From a virus, in the IMG/VR virus record IMGVR_UViG_3300042549_007727: a DNA stretch of 64,000 nt; one strand, 5' to 3'. Position 1 is the stretch's first letter; each line of letters begins with the position of its first letter. The notes beneath the pieces are model-generated. The model was given only the letters and a program-made list of their open reading frames with translations, was not told where the DNA came from and did not search any database. The position numbers and the translations under genes were made by a program. Positions 1 through 9,407 of this stretch are shown piece by piece.

Positions 1-12
1 GCCTTCGGTGGC

Positions 13-858
13 ATGATGGTTATTGGCCTCAAGCCGACAATGACGGAAGAGTTCTATGCCGGCATTAACCCACGCATGCGTCGTATGCTCAAAGCTAAAG
101 TGCTTCCTTGGCTCCCTAAAGTTATGACCGAGCGCCGAGATGTAGAGATGGGGGCTAAACAGGCTAAGGCGTACAAGCAGATGTTGCAGAACATGATTGC
201 CATGCTAGAAAATGACGAGGGAGTTACTGGTGATGCTCTAGTTGCTCCAAACCCCCTAACGCAGACAATCAGACTGCTTCAGTTTGCTAATGCTTACGCT
301 CAAATTGAAATCTCTGAGGCTGGCGAAGAGCAAGTAATTTTGTCAGACCCTTCTTGTAAGGTTGATGCTCTAATGGATGACATGAAAAATGGTGACTTTG
401 GAGATGATTCCGTAGCTGTTTGTGCAGTGTCTAGGCAACTTATAGACATTCTTAGTGCCAGACTCACAAAAGAAGGCATAGCTCATGGGCTGATTACAGG
501 GGCCCAGGACGGCGATGAAAGACAAAAATCTATTGACGACTTTCAAGCCGGAAAAACTAAGTGGATCCTATTTACTGCTCAGGCTGGTGGAGTTGGAGTC
601 ACCTTGACAAAAGCTCGCCGTCTTGTTATGCTTCAAAGACCTTGGTCTCTTGTTGATTACAAGCAGGCTTTGGACCGTGTCCACCGCATTGGGTCTGAGA
701 TTCATGACTCAATCATTATCACAGACTATGTAACAGAAGGCAGTATCGAAGAAAGAGTTATTCAAGCTTTGGACGTAAAATCTGATAACTTTGAGCAGAT
801 TGTAAAAGACAAAGTAAAACTACTTGAAATGCTAAAGAACGGAATACCGAAGACATAA
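13..858 (+). CDS. SNF2-family helicase, C-terminal part (frame is open to the window edge)
   Basis: HelicC motifs AGGVGVTLTKA and QALDRVHRIG, followed by TEGSIEERV. Confidence 0.85.
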   Translation: MMVIGLKPTMTEEFYAGINPRMRRMLKAKVLPWLPKVMTERRDVEMGAKQAKAYKQMLQNMIAMLENDEGVTGDALVAPNPLTQTIRLLQFANAYAQIEISEAGEEQVILSDPSCKVDALMDDMKNGDFGDDSVAVCAVSRQLIDILSARLTKEGIAHGLITGAQDGDERQKSIDDFQAGKTKWILFTAQAGGVGVTLTKARRLVMLQRPWSLVDYKQALDRVHRIGSEIHDSIIITDYVTEGSIEERVIQALDVKSDNFEQIVKDKVKLLEMLKNGIPKT

Positions 859-1799
859 TGACAACTACAGAGCCAATTAAAATCTCTAACTCAGAGATTC
901 AAACATTTAAAGATTGCCGACGCCGTTGGTGGCTGACTTATTACCGTCGCTTAAAGCCAAAAATGAAGGATTACACTGGAGCACTGGCTTTAGGTTCCCG
1001 CATTCACGAAGCCTTAGACCGTCACTACTCTACTGGTATTGACCTATTAGATGCTCATGCCGAGTTAATCAAGGAAGACATCAAGAAGATGACTGATGCT
1101 AACCGCGATACCTCGAGCCTGGAGACAGAAGCCGAACTTGGCCGAGTCATGCTTGAGGGCTACTTAGAGTGGGTTGAGCTTGAAGGCATTGATGCTGAAC
1201 TTGAAATGATTTCTACAGAAGAAATTCTTGAGCGTTCAATGATGGACGGCAAGGTTATTCTTCAGGGAAAGATTGATATGCGTGTCCGCCGTAAGATTGA
1301 CGGTGCTCGCATGATCCGAGACTTTAAGACTGTCGGTGGTTCTTTTGCTGACTTCGGTGCAATGGCACACATGAACGAGCAGGTTAAAACCTACATGCTT
1401 CTGGACGAAGCTCAGGAGCAAGATGAGGACGGCGCTAGAACCGACGGTGCCATCTTCACAATGCTGCGGAAAGTCAAGCGTGGTGCTTATGCAAAGCCAC
1501 CGTTCTATGACCAGATCGAGGTTCGTCACAACAGATTTACTTTACGTGCTTTCCTAGAGCAAGTGGAGGGTACATTTGAGGACATGCTTCGCGTTCGTGA
1601 CGCGTTGGATGCCGGAGGGAGTCACTACAAAAATGCATACCCGACTCCAACCAAAGACTGCAAATGGAAGTGCCAATTTTTCGCTATCTGCCCGCTGTTT
1701 GACGACGGCTCGGCAGCAGAGGCCGCTCTGAGCGATTCGTTTGAGTCAGCCGACCCATACGGTTATTACGGAATCGAAGAGAAGAAAGGAAGTGAGTAA
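858..1799 (+). CDS. PD-(D/E)XK exonuclease (RecB/Cas4-like)
   Basis: ISNSEIQTFKDCRRRW, GSRIHEAL, GKID..RDFKT, C-terminal CKWKCQFFAIC cysteine cluster. Confidence 0.85.
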   Translation: MTTTEPIKISNSEIQTFKDCRRRWWLTYYRRLKPKMKDYTGALALGSRIHEALDRHYSTGIDLLDAHAELIKEDIKKMTDANRDTSSLETEAELGRVMLEGYLEWVELEGIDAELEMISTEEILERSMMDGKVILQGKIDMRVRRKIDGARMIRDFKTVGGSFADFGAMAHMNEQVKTYMLLDEAQEQDEDGARTDGAIFTMLRKVKRGAYAKPPFYDQIEVRHNRFTLRAFLEQVEGTFEDMLRVRDALDAGGSHYKNAYPTPTKDCKWKCQFFAICPLFDDGSAAEAALSDSFESADPYGYYGIEEKKGSE

Positions 1800-2566
1800 T
1801 GGCAAATGCAGTTGATCGCAGTTTAACAATTATGGTTTATGGCGAATCAAAGGTTGGCAAGTCCAGCTTTGCTGTAACAGCCCCATACCCACGCCTCATG
1901 CTAGACGTTGAAGGTGGACATCGTTTCCTACCTATCAACGTAAAGTATTGGGATCCGCTAACTGAGGAGCCACCTCAAGCTGATGGAACTTGGGACACTG
2001 TTGTGGTCCAAGTCCGTGAATATGACGTAGTCATAAAGGCTTTTCAGTGGCTTCAGTCAGGTAAGCACCAGTTCAAGTCCTTAATTATCGACTCAATCTC
2101 TGAGTTGCAGGTTAAGTGCATGGACAACATTGCAGGAACCGAACAAATGAAGATGCAACAGTGGGGCGAACTACTTCGCCACATGGGTGCACTACTTCGT
2201 GACCTTCGTGACTTGACAATGCACCCGACCCAGCCTCTCGAGGCTGTAATACTGACTGCTATGGCACGTAAGGGTCAGGATGGCGTATACCGTCCTTACC
2301 TACAGGGTCAGCTAGCAATTCAGGCACCGTATTTCTACGACATCCTGGGAGCTATCACGGTAGAGACAATGCCGAACCCAGATCCGCTACAGCAACCATT
2401 CCAAGTACGCCGCATGTATGTTGAGCGCACTCCGGAATATGAAGCTGGAGAGCGTGTTCAGGGCCGTCTAGGAAAAATAGTAGAGCAAGGCGACCTAGGT
2501 GTAGAACGCATGCTCGATAAGGTCTTTGGAGAAAAGACTGCAACAACAAGCAAGAAATCAAGTTAA
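1799..2566 (+). CDS. AAA_24/Sak4-like ATPase (single-strand annealing recombinase)
   Basis: Walker A YGESKVGKS, Walker B LIIDSIS; lies between a nuclease and an SSB. Confidence 0.8.
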   Translation: MANAVDRSLTIMVYGESKVGKSSFAVTAPYPRLMLDVEGGHRFLPINVKYWDPLTEEPPQADGTWDTVVVQVREYDVVIKAFQWLQSGKHQFKSLIIDSISELQVKCMDNIAGTEQMKMQQWGELLRHMGALLRDLRDLTMHPTQPLEAVILTAMARKGQDGVYRPYLQGQLAIQAPYFYDILGAITVETMPNPDPLQQPFQVRRMYVERTPEYEAGERVQGRLGKIVEQGDLGVERMLDKVFGEKTATTSKKSS

Positions 2567-2582
2567 GGAGATATAAAGCCAT

Positions 2583-3101
2583 ATGAGCACAACAAACTGG
2601 GCAGAGCTGATCAAGAAATCAGGCGATGTCGCGTCAAACACAAACTACGAGCCACTGCCAGACGGTGACTACGAGTTAAAGATAGTTAAGGTTGAAGCAG
2701 TTGTAACATCAACTGGTAAGCCTATGTTTAAGGTAACTAATGAAGTACAAGGTGGTCCGTACGCTAACCGCAAGGTTTGGGACAATCTAGTTGTTACCCA
2801 CGACAACCCGAAGGCAATGGACATGTTCTTTATGAAGGTTATTGCCATGGGCCTTACCAAGCCCTTCTTCGAGTCTAACCCTACCGATGCTCAGATTGAG
2901 CAGGCACTAACTGGTAGGACTTTCCGTGCAAATATCGGACTAAGAACCTATGAGGGTAAGGACAGTAACGAGATCAAGAAGTACTTCCCTGGACAGGCGG
3001 CTGCAACTGCACCGTCTACTGGCGGAGCTGCAGTACCACCACCACCACCAGCGCCACCAGCAGCACCAGTATCTCCAGTAAGTTCCGAAACACCGTTCTA
3101 A
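2583..3101 (+). CDS. DUF669-like ssDNA-binding protein
   Basis: YEPLPDGDYELKI, GKPMFKV, NEIKKY, Pro-rich tail ending in PF; AAGGAG SD. Confidence 0.75.
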   Translation: MSTTNWAELIKKSGDVASNTNYEPLPDGDYELKIVKVEAVVTSTGKPMFKVTNEVQGGPYANRKVWDNLVVTHDNPKAMDMFFMKVIAMGLTKPFFESNPTDAQIEQALTGRTFRANIGLRTYEGKDSNEIKKYFPGQAAATAPSTGGAAVPPPPPAPPAAPVSPVSSETPF

Positions 3102-3111
3102 ACATATAACT

Positions 3112-3144
3112 AAGCGGGGCATCTAATTGGTGCCCCGCTTTTTT
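3112..3144 (+). terminator. Intrinsic terminator
   Basis: AAGCGGGGCAT / GTGCCCCGCTT stem followed by a T-tract. Confidence 0.85.
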
Positions 3145-3158
3145 AGTTAGAGGCAGAG

Positions 3159-4172
3159 ATGAAAATTTTATTCACAGGCATGGCGTCGTCCCACTGCTCA
3201 CCCATAGACAACGTAAGTTTCTTTAGTACAGTAGCTAAAGCTGTAGAAACAACCTCGGAAGTCGTTTGGGATACGCCTAAAATTTCATGGACAAAAGACG
3301 AGTTAGATAGTTTTGATCTAATATTTTTTGGTTTTATACCTCCCACTGCTTTAAGCGCAAATAAGATATATGGCGCTATGCATGTACTTGGTCTAATGTT
3401 TGACTCACCTAAATTAAGACTCGTGGTTGATGGACATCAAGTTTGGCAGTATAAAAACAGTATTGAGATGGTTAAAAGAGACGTTTCAAGTCTGTTTAGT
3501 AGTTTTTATTCAAAGAGGGCAGAATACTCTTCTGCTAAAGACCCCTCTAACAGGGACTATATAGATCTTGCTTCAAAATATTTTGCTTCTGAGGTGTGGC
3601 CAATAACTTACTACCCAAAGCTGCCTTGGACATCCCACGAAAAGGCCGTTGCTTCTTTGGGCTTCGGCACTAAGGAAAGATTTGTTGGAGTCTCTCTTGA
3701 CTCTATATTGATAAATCCTGAACCTTACAGTATGTCTACTAGAGGAGATTTTTGGTCGGTGGACAACCACAAAAGTGTGTGGCTAAAAAAGCTAGAGCCA
3801 TCTATAAGACGCCCAGTCTACCCACTAAAGCCTGGCAGACTTTTGACTGATAAGGAAGCTATAACCTCCATGCGAGAGTCTCTGGGACTAATTATTGCTC
3901 CCCAAGACCGCGGTGTAGGGTCTTGGTGGTCCTATAGATATATTCAAGCCCTAAACTCAAACACACCTGTGGCCACCAACTGGATAGACGCGGCCGGCTA
4001 CAGCGAATCCTGGTCGCATCTGGCTTATCAGATCGAAGACATGGACTATAGCCAAAGGCTGTTAGTTGCAAAAAATCAGCTAGAATCGTACCAAGCTTCT
4101 TTACAAGATAAAAAACAGACAATTGATGCCTTTATGGCAGGTATACTAGAATTAGATTCGGAGAGGATTTAA
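3159..4172 (+). CDS. Hypothetical protein, possibly GT-B-fold glycosyltransferase-like
   Basis: MKILFTG start and C-terminal WWSYRYIQALNSNTPV segment loosely resemble GT-B enzymes; weak. Confidence 0.35.
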   Translation: MKILFTGMASSHCSPIDNVSFFSTVAKAVETTSEVVWDTPKISWTKDELDSFDLIFFGFIPPTALSANKIYGAMHVLGLMFDSPKLRLVVDGHQVWQYKNSIEMVKRDVSSLFSSFYSKRAEYSSAKDPSNRDYIDLASKYFASEVWPITYYPKLPWTSHEKAVASLGFGTKERFVGVSLDSILINPEPYSMSTRGDFWSVDNHKSVWLKKLEPSIRRPVYPLKPGRLLTDKEAITSMRESLGLIIAPQDRGVGSWWSYRYIQALNSNTPVATNWIDAAGYSESWSHLAYQIEDMDYSQRLLVAKNQLESYQASLQDKKQTIDAFMAGILELDSERI

Positions 4173-4610
4173 ATGCCAGAACTAAACCACGAGTGGGTAA
4201 AGCAGCAGCTGGAAGCTGCAAAGGTTAAGGTTGGGTCAGCGAAGGCCACCCTTAAATTGCTAAGCACCTGGGAAGAGCTGCCAGCCCTATCCCCTGCAAT
4301 ACTAAAAGAAGTTTTAGACATATTCCCAAAGCTAGTCAGAGGAACACCTTTAACTGAAGAAGAGTCGGAAGAGGACTACTACTGGGACGATCTACAGCCA
4401 GGAAATATTACCGTAGGCGATGTAGTTCGAGTTAAGCAAGATGCGTTTATGGAGAAGCTAGGAACAATACACAATGGCAGGCGTGGCAGTGTTGTTGGCG
4501 TAAGATATGGTGACGTAATCTTCAACGACACTGATGGAAAAAATCCGCCGCTTAAGGGCGTTCACTACTCTCCGTACAAATTAGAAAAGCGACTTAGAAA
4601 GGCCAACTAG
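4173..4610 (+). CDS. Hypothetical protein with SH3/KOW-like C-terminus
   Basis: ITVGDVVRVK...HNGRRGSVVGVRYGDV; GGAG SD. Confidence 0.6.
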   Translation: MPELNHEWVKQQLEAAKVKVGSAKATLKLLSTWEELPALSPAILKEVLDIFPKLVRGTPLTEEESEEDYYWDDLQPGNITVGDVVRVKQDAFMEKLGTIHNGRRGSVVGVRYGDVIFNDTDGKNPPLKGVHYSPYKLEKRLRKAN

Positions 4611-4858
4611 TGAGAACTAGTTTTGAGCTAAAAATAATTGCAGCTAATCTAGAAGAAGCAAAGCAAACTGCCATAGAGGAGATTGCTGCTTTTCTTCGCA
4701 TAAAACAAGAGGAAGTCTTGGATCAAGTAAGCATAGAGCTTAAAGTCTCATACGCTGAAGCAAAGACTAGAGAAGAAATTGCTGAAGAAGTGGACAAGAT
4801 GGACTTCGTTGTGACAGTTTTTGCATCAGTAAAACAGAGTGTTGTAAAGCCTTTTTAG
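4610..4858 (+). CDS. Hypothetical protein
   Basis: 82-aa ORF coupled to the upstream gene. Confidence 0.6.
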   Translation: MRTSFELKIIAANLEEAKQTAIEEIAAFLRIKQEEVLDQVSIELKVSYAEAKTREEIAEEVDKMDFVVTVFASVKQSVVKPF

Positions 4859-4864
4859 CTTTAT

Positions 4865-4893
4865 TTGACTTTTTGCTTAATGCTAGGTATAGT
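4865..4893 (+). promoter_or_regulatory. Sigma70/SigA-type promoter
   Basis: TTGACT-17 nt-TATAGT upstream of the glycosylase gene. Confidence 0.6.
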
Positions 4894-4921
4894 CTAAGTA
4901 GCTTTCTGAAAGGAACTATTT

Positions 4922-5410
4922 ATGCAGACATTTGTGCCAATTACCGACTCGTTTGAAGATATCGCAAAAGTGCTAGACAACAAGCGACTTAATAAGCAAG
5001 CCTTAGAGGGCTGGCAAATTCTTATGAACTTGCTACAGCTCGATCCTCAGGGGCAACACAGAATCTCTAAAGGGTGGTCAAACCATCCGGCTGTAAAAAT
5101 GTGGAGGGGTCACGAGACGGCGCTCTACTTATATATACAAGCTATGGTAGCCGAGTGGAAAAAGCGTGGCTACAAATCCACTATTGGTGATAAAGCAAAA
5201 GCCACTATGTCTACTGCTTTAAAGCTGGGCTTACTGCCAGACACGGCTTGCAACCCTTTTTGGATTTCATCTAATGAGACATTTTCTGAGATTGCTGCTA
5301 GCCACCGCTTGGCCCTTCTCAGTAAAGACTATGAGTGGTATTCGCAGTTTAAGTGGCCGGAAGATCGTGGAGTTCGACCAGAAACCTATGAATATGTCTG
5401 GCCAGTTTAA
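4922..5410 (+). CDS. Pyrimidine-dimer DNA glycosylase / MSMEG_6728-family protein
   Basis: MQTFVP, LDNKRLNKQALE, HPAVKMWRGHE, EWKKRGY, SHR..LLSKD, YVWP. Confidence 0.8.
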   Translation: MQTFVPITDSFEDIAKVLDNKRLNKQALEGWQILMNLLQLDPQGQHRISKGWSNHPAVKMWRGHETALYLYIQAMVAEWKKRGYKSTIGDKAKATMSTALKLGLLPDTACNPFWISSNETFSEIAASHRLALLSKDYEWYSQFKWPEDRGVRPETYEYVWPV

Positions 5411-5458
5411 TTTGTAATTTACGGTATAGTACATAAAACTTGACTTTAGAATCTTAAT

Positions 5459-5806
5459 ATGAAAGATTCTAGAGCCGGTGAGTCCCTTTGGTCATTGTGG
5501 GAGGGCGAAGGCTACGTTAGTGAGCTTGGTAGCCACATTGTGTACTATACCGAAGGTCATGTAGATGTTGATCACGAAGTTGTCGGAAAAGCATTAGCCT
5601 CCGTCATACAAAGAGACGGCATTGTCTACTCACTATTTGAGGCTTATACACTTATAGATAGCGGCGTCTCTTCCCAGGGGTGGGCAGGCTCTTTTACTGG
5701 TGAAATGTATCAAGAAGTCTGCGATGAGGGTGGCCTTACTTCCTACGGATCTTTGGTTGATAATTTAGTGCCTGTAACTTTTGTCGAGGTACCAAACTTT
5801 GTTTGA
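5459..5806 (+). CDS. Hypothetical protein (probably leaderless)
   Basis: 115-aa ORF; TAGAAT lies 6 nt before the ATG. Confidence 0.65.
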   Translation: MKDSRAGESLWSLWEGEGYVSELGSHIVYYTEGHVDVDHEVVGKALASVIQRDGIVYSLFEAYTLIDSGVSSQGWAGSFTGEMYQEVCDEGGLTSYGSLVDNLVPVTFVEVPNFV

Positions 5807-6269
5807 TTCTCAAGAGTGGCACGAAGATGCTGAATGTGCTAAACCAAAAAATGCTGAATTTATAAATAATTTTTTTGCAAATAAACCTGCTCAACAACAC
5901 CAAGCAAAAAAACTTTGTAGTATCTGTCCAGTTAAAAAAGAGTGCGCCCAATGGGCTTTAAATGAAAAGCAGCTATGGGGTATCTGGGGTGGACTAAGCC
6001 CCGAGCAAATTAGACGAACTCTTTCTGTAAACTGGGAGGGTCAGGAGATGCGCCACAAACGTTTCCCACTCTGCCCAGGATGTAAAGCAAAAACTATGCA
6101 CTTAGAGAGCTCTACTATTGATAGACCAGACGGTGGTCGCTGGTCCACAATGAGAATTGTGACCTGTACTCAATGCAAATTTACTTGGCAGAGTAGAACA
6201 AGCGCCAACGCGGTTGACGCCTACTTTGCATTAGAAGCTAAGAAGCAACAGCAGCGAGATAATAAGTAA
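5781..6269 (+). CDS. whiB: WhiB-family regulator with C-terminal zinc ribbon (start may be TTG at 5799)
   Basis: AEC...AKKLCSICPVKKEC...WGIWGGLS, then CPGC...CTQC. Confidence 0.85.
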   Translation: MSRYQTLFDSQEWHEDAECAKPKNAEFINNFFANKPAQQHQAKKLCSICPVKKECAQWALNEKQLWGIWGGLSPEQIRRTLSVNWEGQEMRHKRFPLCPGCKAKTMHLESSTIDRPDGGRWSTMRIVTCTQCKFTWQSRTSANAVDAYFALEAKKQQQRDNK

Positions 6270-7305
6270 GATTATTAGCTAAGCGCTGCTCAGACGGTGA
6301 AAGACTTACAGCTATTTTTCCATACTCCAGAGCCAGTTCGTATTTTTTAAGATTGTATGCGGCTAGTGCTGCTAAATCATATGGATTAGAGTTCCATGCA
6401 AATTCCTCGCATAGATAGTCCAAGGGCTTTTCTTTTATGCTTAGAGCTTGCTCTGCCGCCAGCAAGGACTGCTCCCAATTGGCAGAGTCATGGAATACCT
6501 GAGCCAGCTCAACTAGAGCTTCGCGCCTGCCTGGGGCCTGAGCTATTGCCTTATCTAACCATTCGACAGCATTCTTTCGGTCTATCTTGGCGATATATCT
6601 CATGGAGGCCGCTCTTTCAGGTGGCCAGGTGGCCCTAGGCAGCTCTAAATGCCTCTTAAACTCGCTCAGCGCCTCATTGAAGCGTCCGTAAAAAAAGAGC
6701 TCTCTGGCATAGTAGAAGGCATTTCTGTCGTCTTCAGGGCCCTCCTGGACCGCCTGAGCCAGTAGTGGGAGGTATTGGGATCTAGGCTTAGAATCGTCTG
6801 CATGGTGGTGTATCTCTAGCCCCACCCATTTTTGGACTTCTTTAGTTTCACCGTATGCAATCAAAACTTCGTGGACTGGGTGCTTCCACATATAGCCAAA
6901 TCTAGAGTGAATTTTGTCTCCACCGTATTGCAATCCGGGGATTGTTCTTTCTGCATCTTTCCAGTTCCAGGTGTATTGATATCTAGGTCTGGTGGCTTTT
7001 TCGTCAAAAGCTTTTTGTAGCTCGTCTCTCCACCCAGGGAGTAGAACCTCGTCCATATCTAAAGCAATGCAATAATCTATATCTGCCGGTAGGGCTGCTA
7101 GTGAAGCATTTCTAGCCACGTCAAATCTCCAAGGCTTTACTGTCACATTTACTACATTTACCCCTAAAGATTTTGCTAGCGCTACAGTCTTGTCGGTTGA
7201 TCCTGTGTCTGCAATCAAAAGATAGTCTGCATCTTTGGCACTCTCAGCCCAGGGAGCAACAAACTGCTCTTCGTTTAGAGCAATAGTATAGACAGCAACT
7301 TTCAT
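6238..7305 (-). CDS. GT2-family glycosyltransferase with TPR repeats
   Basis: IADTGSTDKT, FDVARNASL, LDMDE, HPVHE, then helical TPR-like repeats. Confidence 0.85.
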   Translation of the reverse strand: MKVAVYTIALNEEQFVAPWAESAKDADYLLIADTGSTDKTVALAKSLGVNVVNVTVKPWRFDVARNASLAALPADIDYCIALDMDEVLLPGWRDELQKAFDEKATRPRYQYTWNWKDAERTIPGLQYGGDKIHSRFGYMWKHPVHEVLIAYGETKEVQKWVGLEIHHHADDSKPRSQYLPLLAQAVQEGPEDDRNAFYYARELFFYGRFNEALSEFKRHLELPRATWPPERAASMRYIAKIDRKNAVEWLDKAIAQAPGRREALVELAQVFHDSANWEQSLLAAEQALSIKEKPLDYLCEEFAWNSNPYDLAALAAYNLKKYELALEYGKIAVSLSPSEQRLANNLTYYLAAVAS

Positions 7306-7307
7306 AT

Positions 7308-8507
7308 TTATCTCACTGCCAAAACACTTATAAATTCTCTTGGCTCAAAGTCTCCGCCAAGAACCATAGTGAGAAGTCCTGGCTTTGACTCCATTCCAGC
7401 ACGATCACGGAACCATTCGCTTCCGGGGTCTGTGGTTGGAGCCTGAACCCAAAGACGAGTACCAATGTCCATAGTTCTGAAGTTGTGGAAGTGTCCTGAC
7501 ACCCAGACGTCTGCCAAACCAAGAGCAGTCTGTCCTGCTGCCTGCTGTGAGATGTAGCGTAGTGTGTTGTTCTGTCCAGCCTGGTGTCCGTGGAACAGTC
7601 CAAGCATAGTTCCTTTAATATCTACAGTTAGTGTCTGATGCCCAACTGATGGATATCTAAACTCTATGTGCTGTAGTGCAGGATTTTCTGCGCAAATGTC
7701 TTGAACTGCAGATGCAATCTCTACGTTCCATCCATCTGATGGATCTGTCACAACTTGTCTGGTTGCCTCGTCGTGGTTTCCATTTATGACTGGAACAATC
7801 ATGTGCTCTGCTAGAGGTGCCAAAGCTTTAATCTGAGCTAGAAGTAGTCTCCTAGCAACTCGTACCTGCTCGGTTATTCCGAGGTCGGAGGCTGCTTGTC
7901 CTTGGAGTCTTCCGTTTTGGCTGGTAATTCCCTCCACGTGATCACCCGGTAACGCCAGACAAATTGTTCCAAGAGAAAGGCCCATCTTTTTATAAGCTTC
8001 AAATCTATGCACCGCCGATTCTGTTAGTTGGAGAATTCGACCTATCGATTGAGCCGTACCCTCGCCGTTTGCTTTCTTACCTATTTGTTGATCGCTTGGG
8101 ACTACTGTGAACGCGCCGTTTCCAGTTGATGTTTTTACACCTTTTGCTGGACGCCACTTTTTCATTTCATCTAAAAGCTGCTCTACATCTAAAGAGTCTA
8201 AACCAACTGAGGATGATGGTATTAGGTTGACTCGTATTGACTCTAAATATTCACCGTCAAACTTTTGCCACTTGCCTCTACGAAGAGAAGATACCGCCCA
8301 CTCTGCCGGATCTAAACCAAAATCTTTTATAACTTCATTTGCATCGAAGTTAGAGCCTTCTGCACGAGGCGATGAAATTAGATAGCCACCCTTGCCGCTA
8401 TCTATGTCCATTCTTGGACGCCAGTCTTCGGGGACTCCGAGCTTCTTATAGTCAGACCCTGAGGTCCCAGGATTACGTAGCTCTTCTAATTTGTCAGCTA
8501 AGCTCAA
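7308..8507 (-). CDS. Calcineurin-like metallophosphoesterase
   Basis: SDQQIGK, GDHVEG, GNHDE, FHGH, GHFH motifs; TTG start at 8507 has an AGGA SD and overlaps the upstream stop (ORF track start 8531). Confidence 0.8.
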   Translation of the reverse strand: MSLADKLEELRNPGTSGSDYKKLGVPEDWRPRMDIDSGKGGYLISSPRAEGSNFDANEVIKDFGLDPAEWAVSSLRRGKWQKFDGEYLESIRVNLIPSSSVGLDSLDVEQLLDEMKKWRPAKGVKTSTGNGAFTVVPSDQQIGKKANGEGTAQSIGRILQLTESAVHRFEAYKKMGLSLGTICLALPGDHVEGITSQNGRLQGQAASDLGITEQVRVARRLLLAQIKALAPLAEHMIVPVINGNHDEATRQVVTDPSDGWNVEIASAVQDICAENPALQHIEFRYPSVGHQTLTVDIKGTMLGLFHGHQAGQNNTLRYISQQAAGQTALGLADVWVSGHFHNFRTMDIGTRLWVQAPTTDPGSEWFRDRAGMESKPGLLTMVLGGDFEPREFISVLAVR

Positions 8508-8785
8508 CTTATTTTTCCTAATCGTCGGCAAGAGCAGTTGCCCCCGCGATGTCTACTTATGGCACTTGCACTTACGTCATAGCCTTCACTCCTCAGGAGG
8601 TCAGCTAGTGTTTGATGGGGAATATATCTATGGTCTTCGCGATTAGTGAGATTAATTACTTCAGCTAGGGCGTCTCTATCTTTTTTAGATAGCCCCTGAT
8701 CAGAGGTAATAGAGGCGAACTTACAAGTAGTGAGGTCGCTTATATACTTCTGAGAGGCGGTAGCTAGCTTGTCTGCTAATGGCAT
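8504..8785 (-). CDS. Small HTH-like protein with C-terminal HR..CSC motif
   Basis: LADLLRSEGYDVSASAISRHRGGNCSC; GGAG SD. Confidence 0.6.
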   Translation of the reverse strand: MPLADKLATASQKYISDLTTCKFASITSDQGLSKKDRDALAEVINLTNREDHRYIPHQTLADLLRSEGYDVSASAISRHRGGNCSCRRLGKIS

Positions 8786-8836
8786 AATTTCTCCTAGGGT
8801 TAAACCTTAGGTTTATGCTACTACATGTTTTGTAGT

Positions 8837-9217
8837 TTAGCTAGCCTTTTTAGACTTAGACACGCGCTTTTTTAAAAGCGGTTTTTCGGCTGCAGGGAGT
8901 AGGTTTTCTGGGACAGAGTTTGGGACCGAAGAGTTACTGATCCCTAGAGTTAAATTTTTAATGAAGTCAATCTCTGTAGACACCTTGATTACGTGCTTTT
9001 CAATATTATTAACACGATCTGCTAGGGAGCTGCCGCCGTTTTCCCATAGCTGATGCTCAACTTTATCTAGTCTATCTGATATAGTTCTACCGTTCTTGTC
9101 TACACCGATAGCGGCGTCTATTCGCTTAGCAAGTTTATATGATGAAAAGACTGCACCAAAGATTACGGTTAAAGCACCAAAAATGCTTGCAATTGTTATA
9201 ATGATGTCTGTAGCCAT
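8837..9217 (-). CDS. Membrane protein (N-terminal TM helix plus coiled coil, basic tail)
   Basis: Hydrophobic N-terminus; NGGSSLADRVNNIE. Confidence 0.6.
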   Translation of the reverse strand: MATDIIITIASIFGALTVIFGAVFSSYKLAKRIDAAIGVDKNGRTISDRLDKVEHQLWENGGSSLADRVNNIEKHVIKVSTEIDFIKNLTLGISNSSVPNSVPENLLPAAEKPLLKKRVSKSKKAS

Positions 9218-9407
9218 AGACTATGCTAGATTCCTATAAAGTTGAGCTTAATTATTAACTAGTTTACCCTAATATGATTGATGCTATTTAAATACCTGTG
9301 TCTACCAATAAATTAGTGGCAAATTATTCGTTTCTTGGTTTGCATTCAAGACTATTCTGTGTATGATGTTCTTACTGGTGTTCTTAATGACGTAAAGGTT
9401 TAAATAA

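Noticed and set aside
858-1799. Cas4 as part of a CRISPR-Cas system
   Set aside because: Context (Sak4-like ATPase, SSB, helicase) indicates a phage recombination exonuclease
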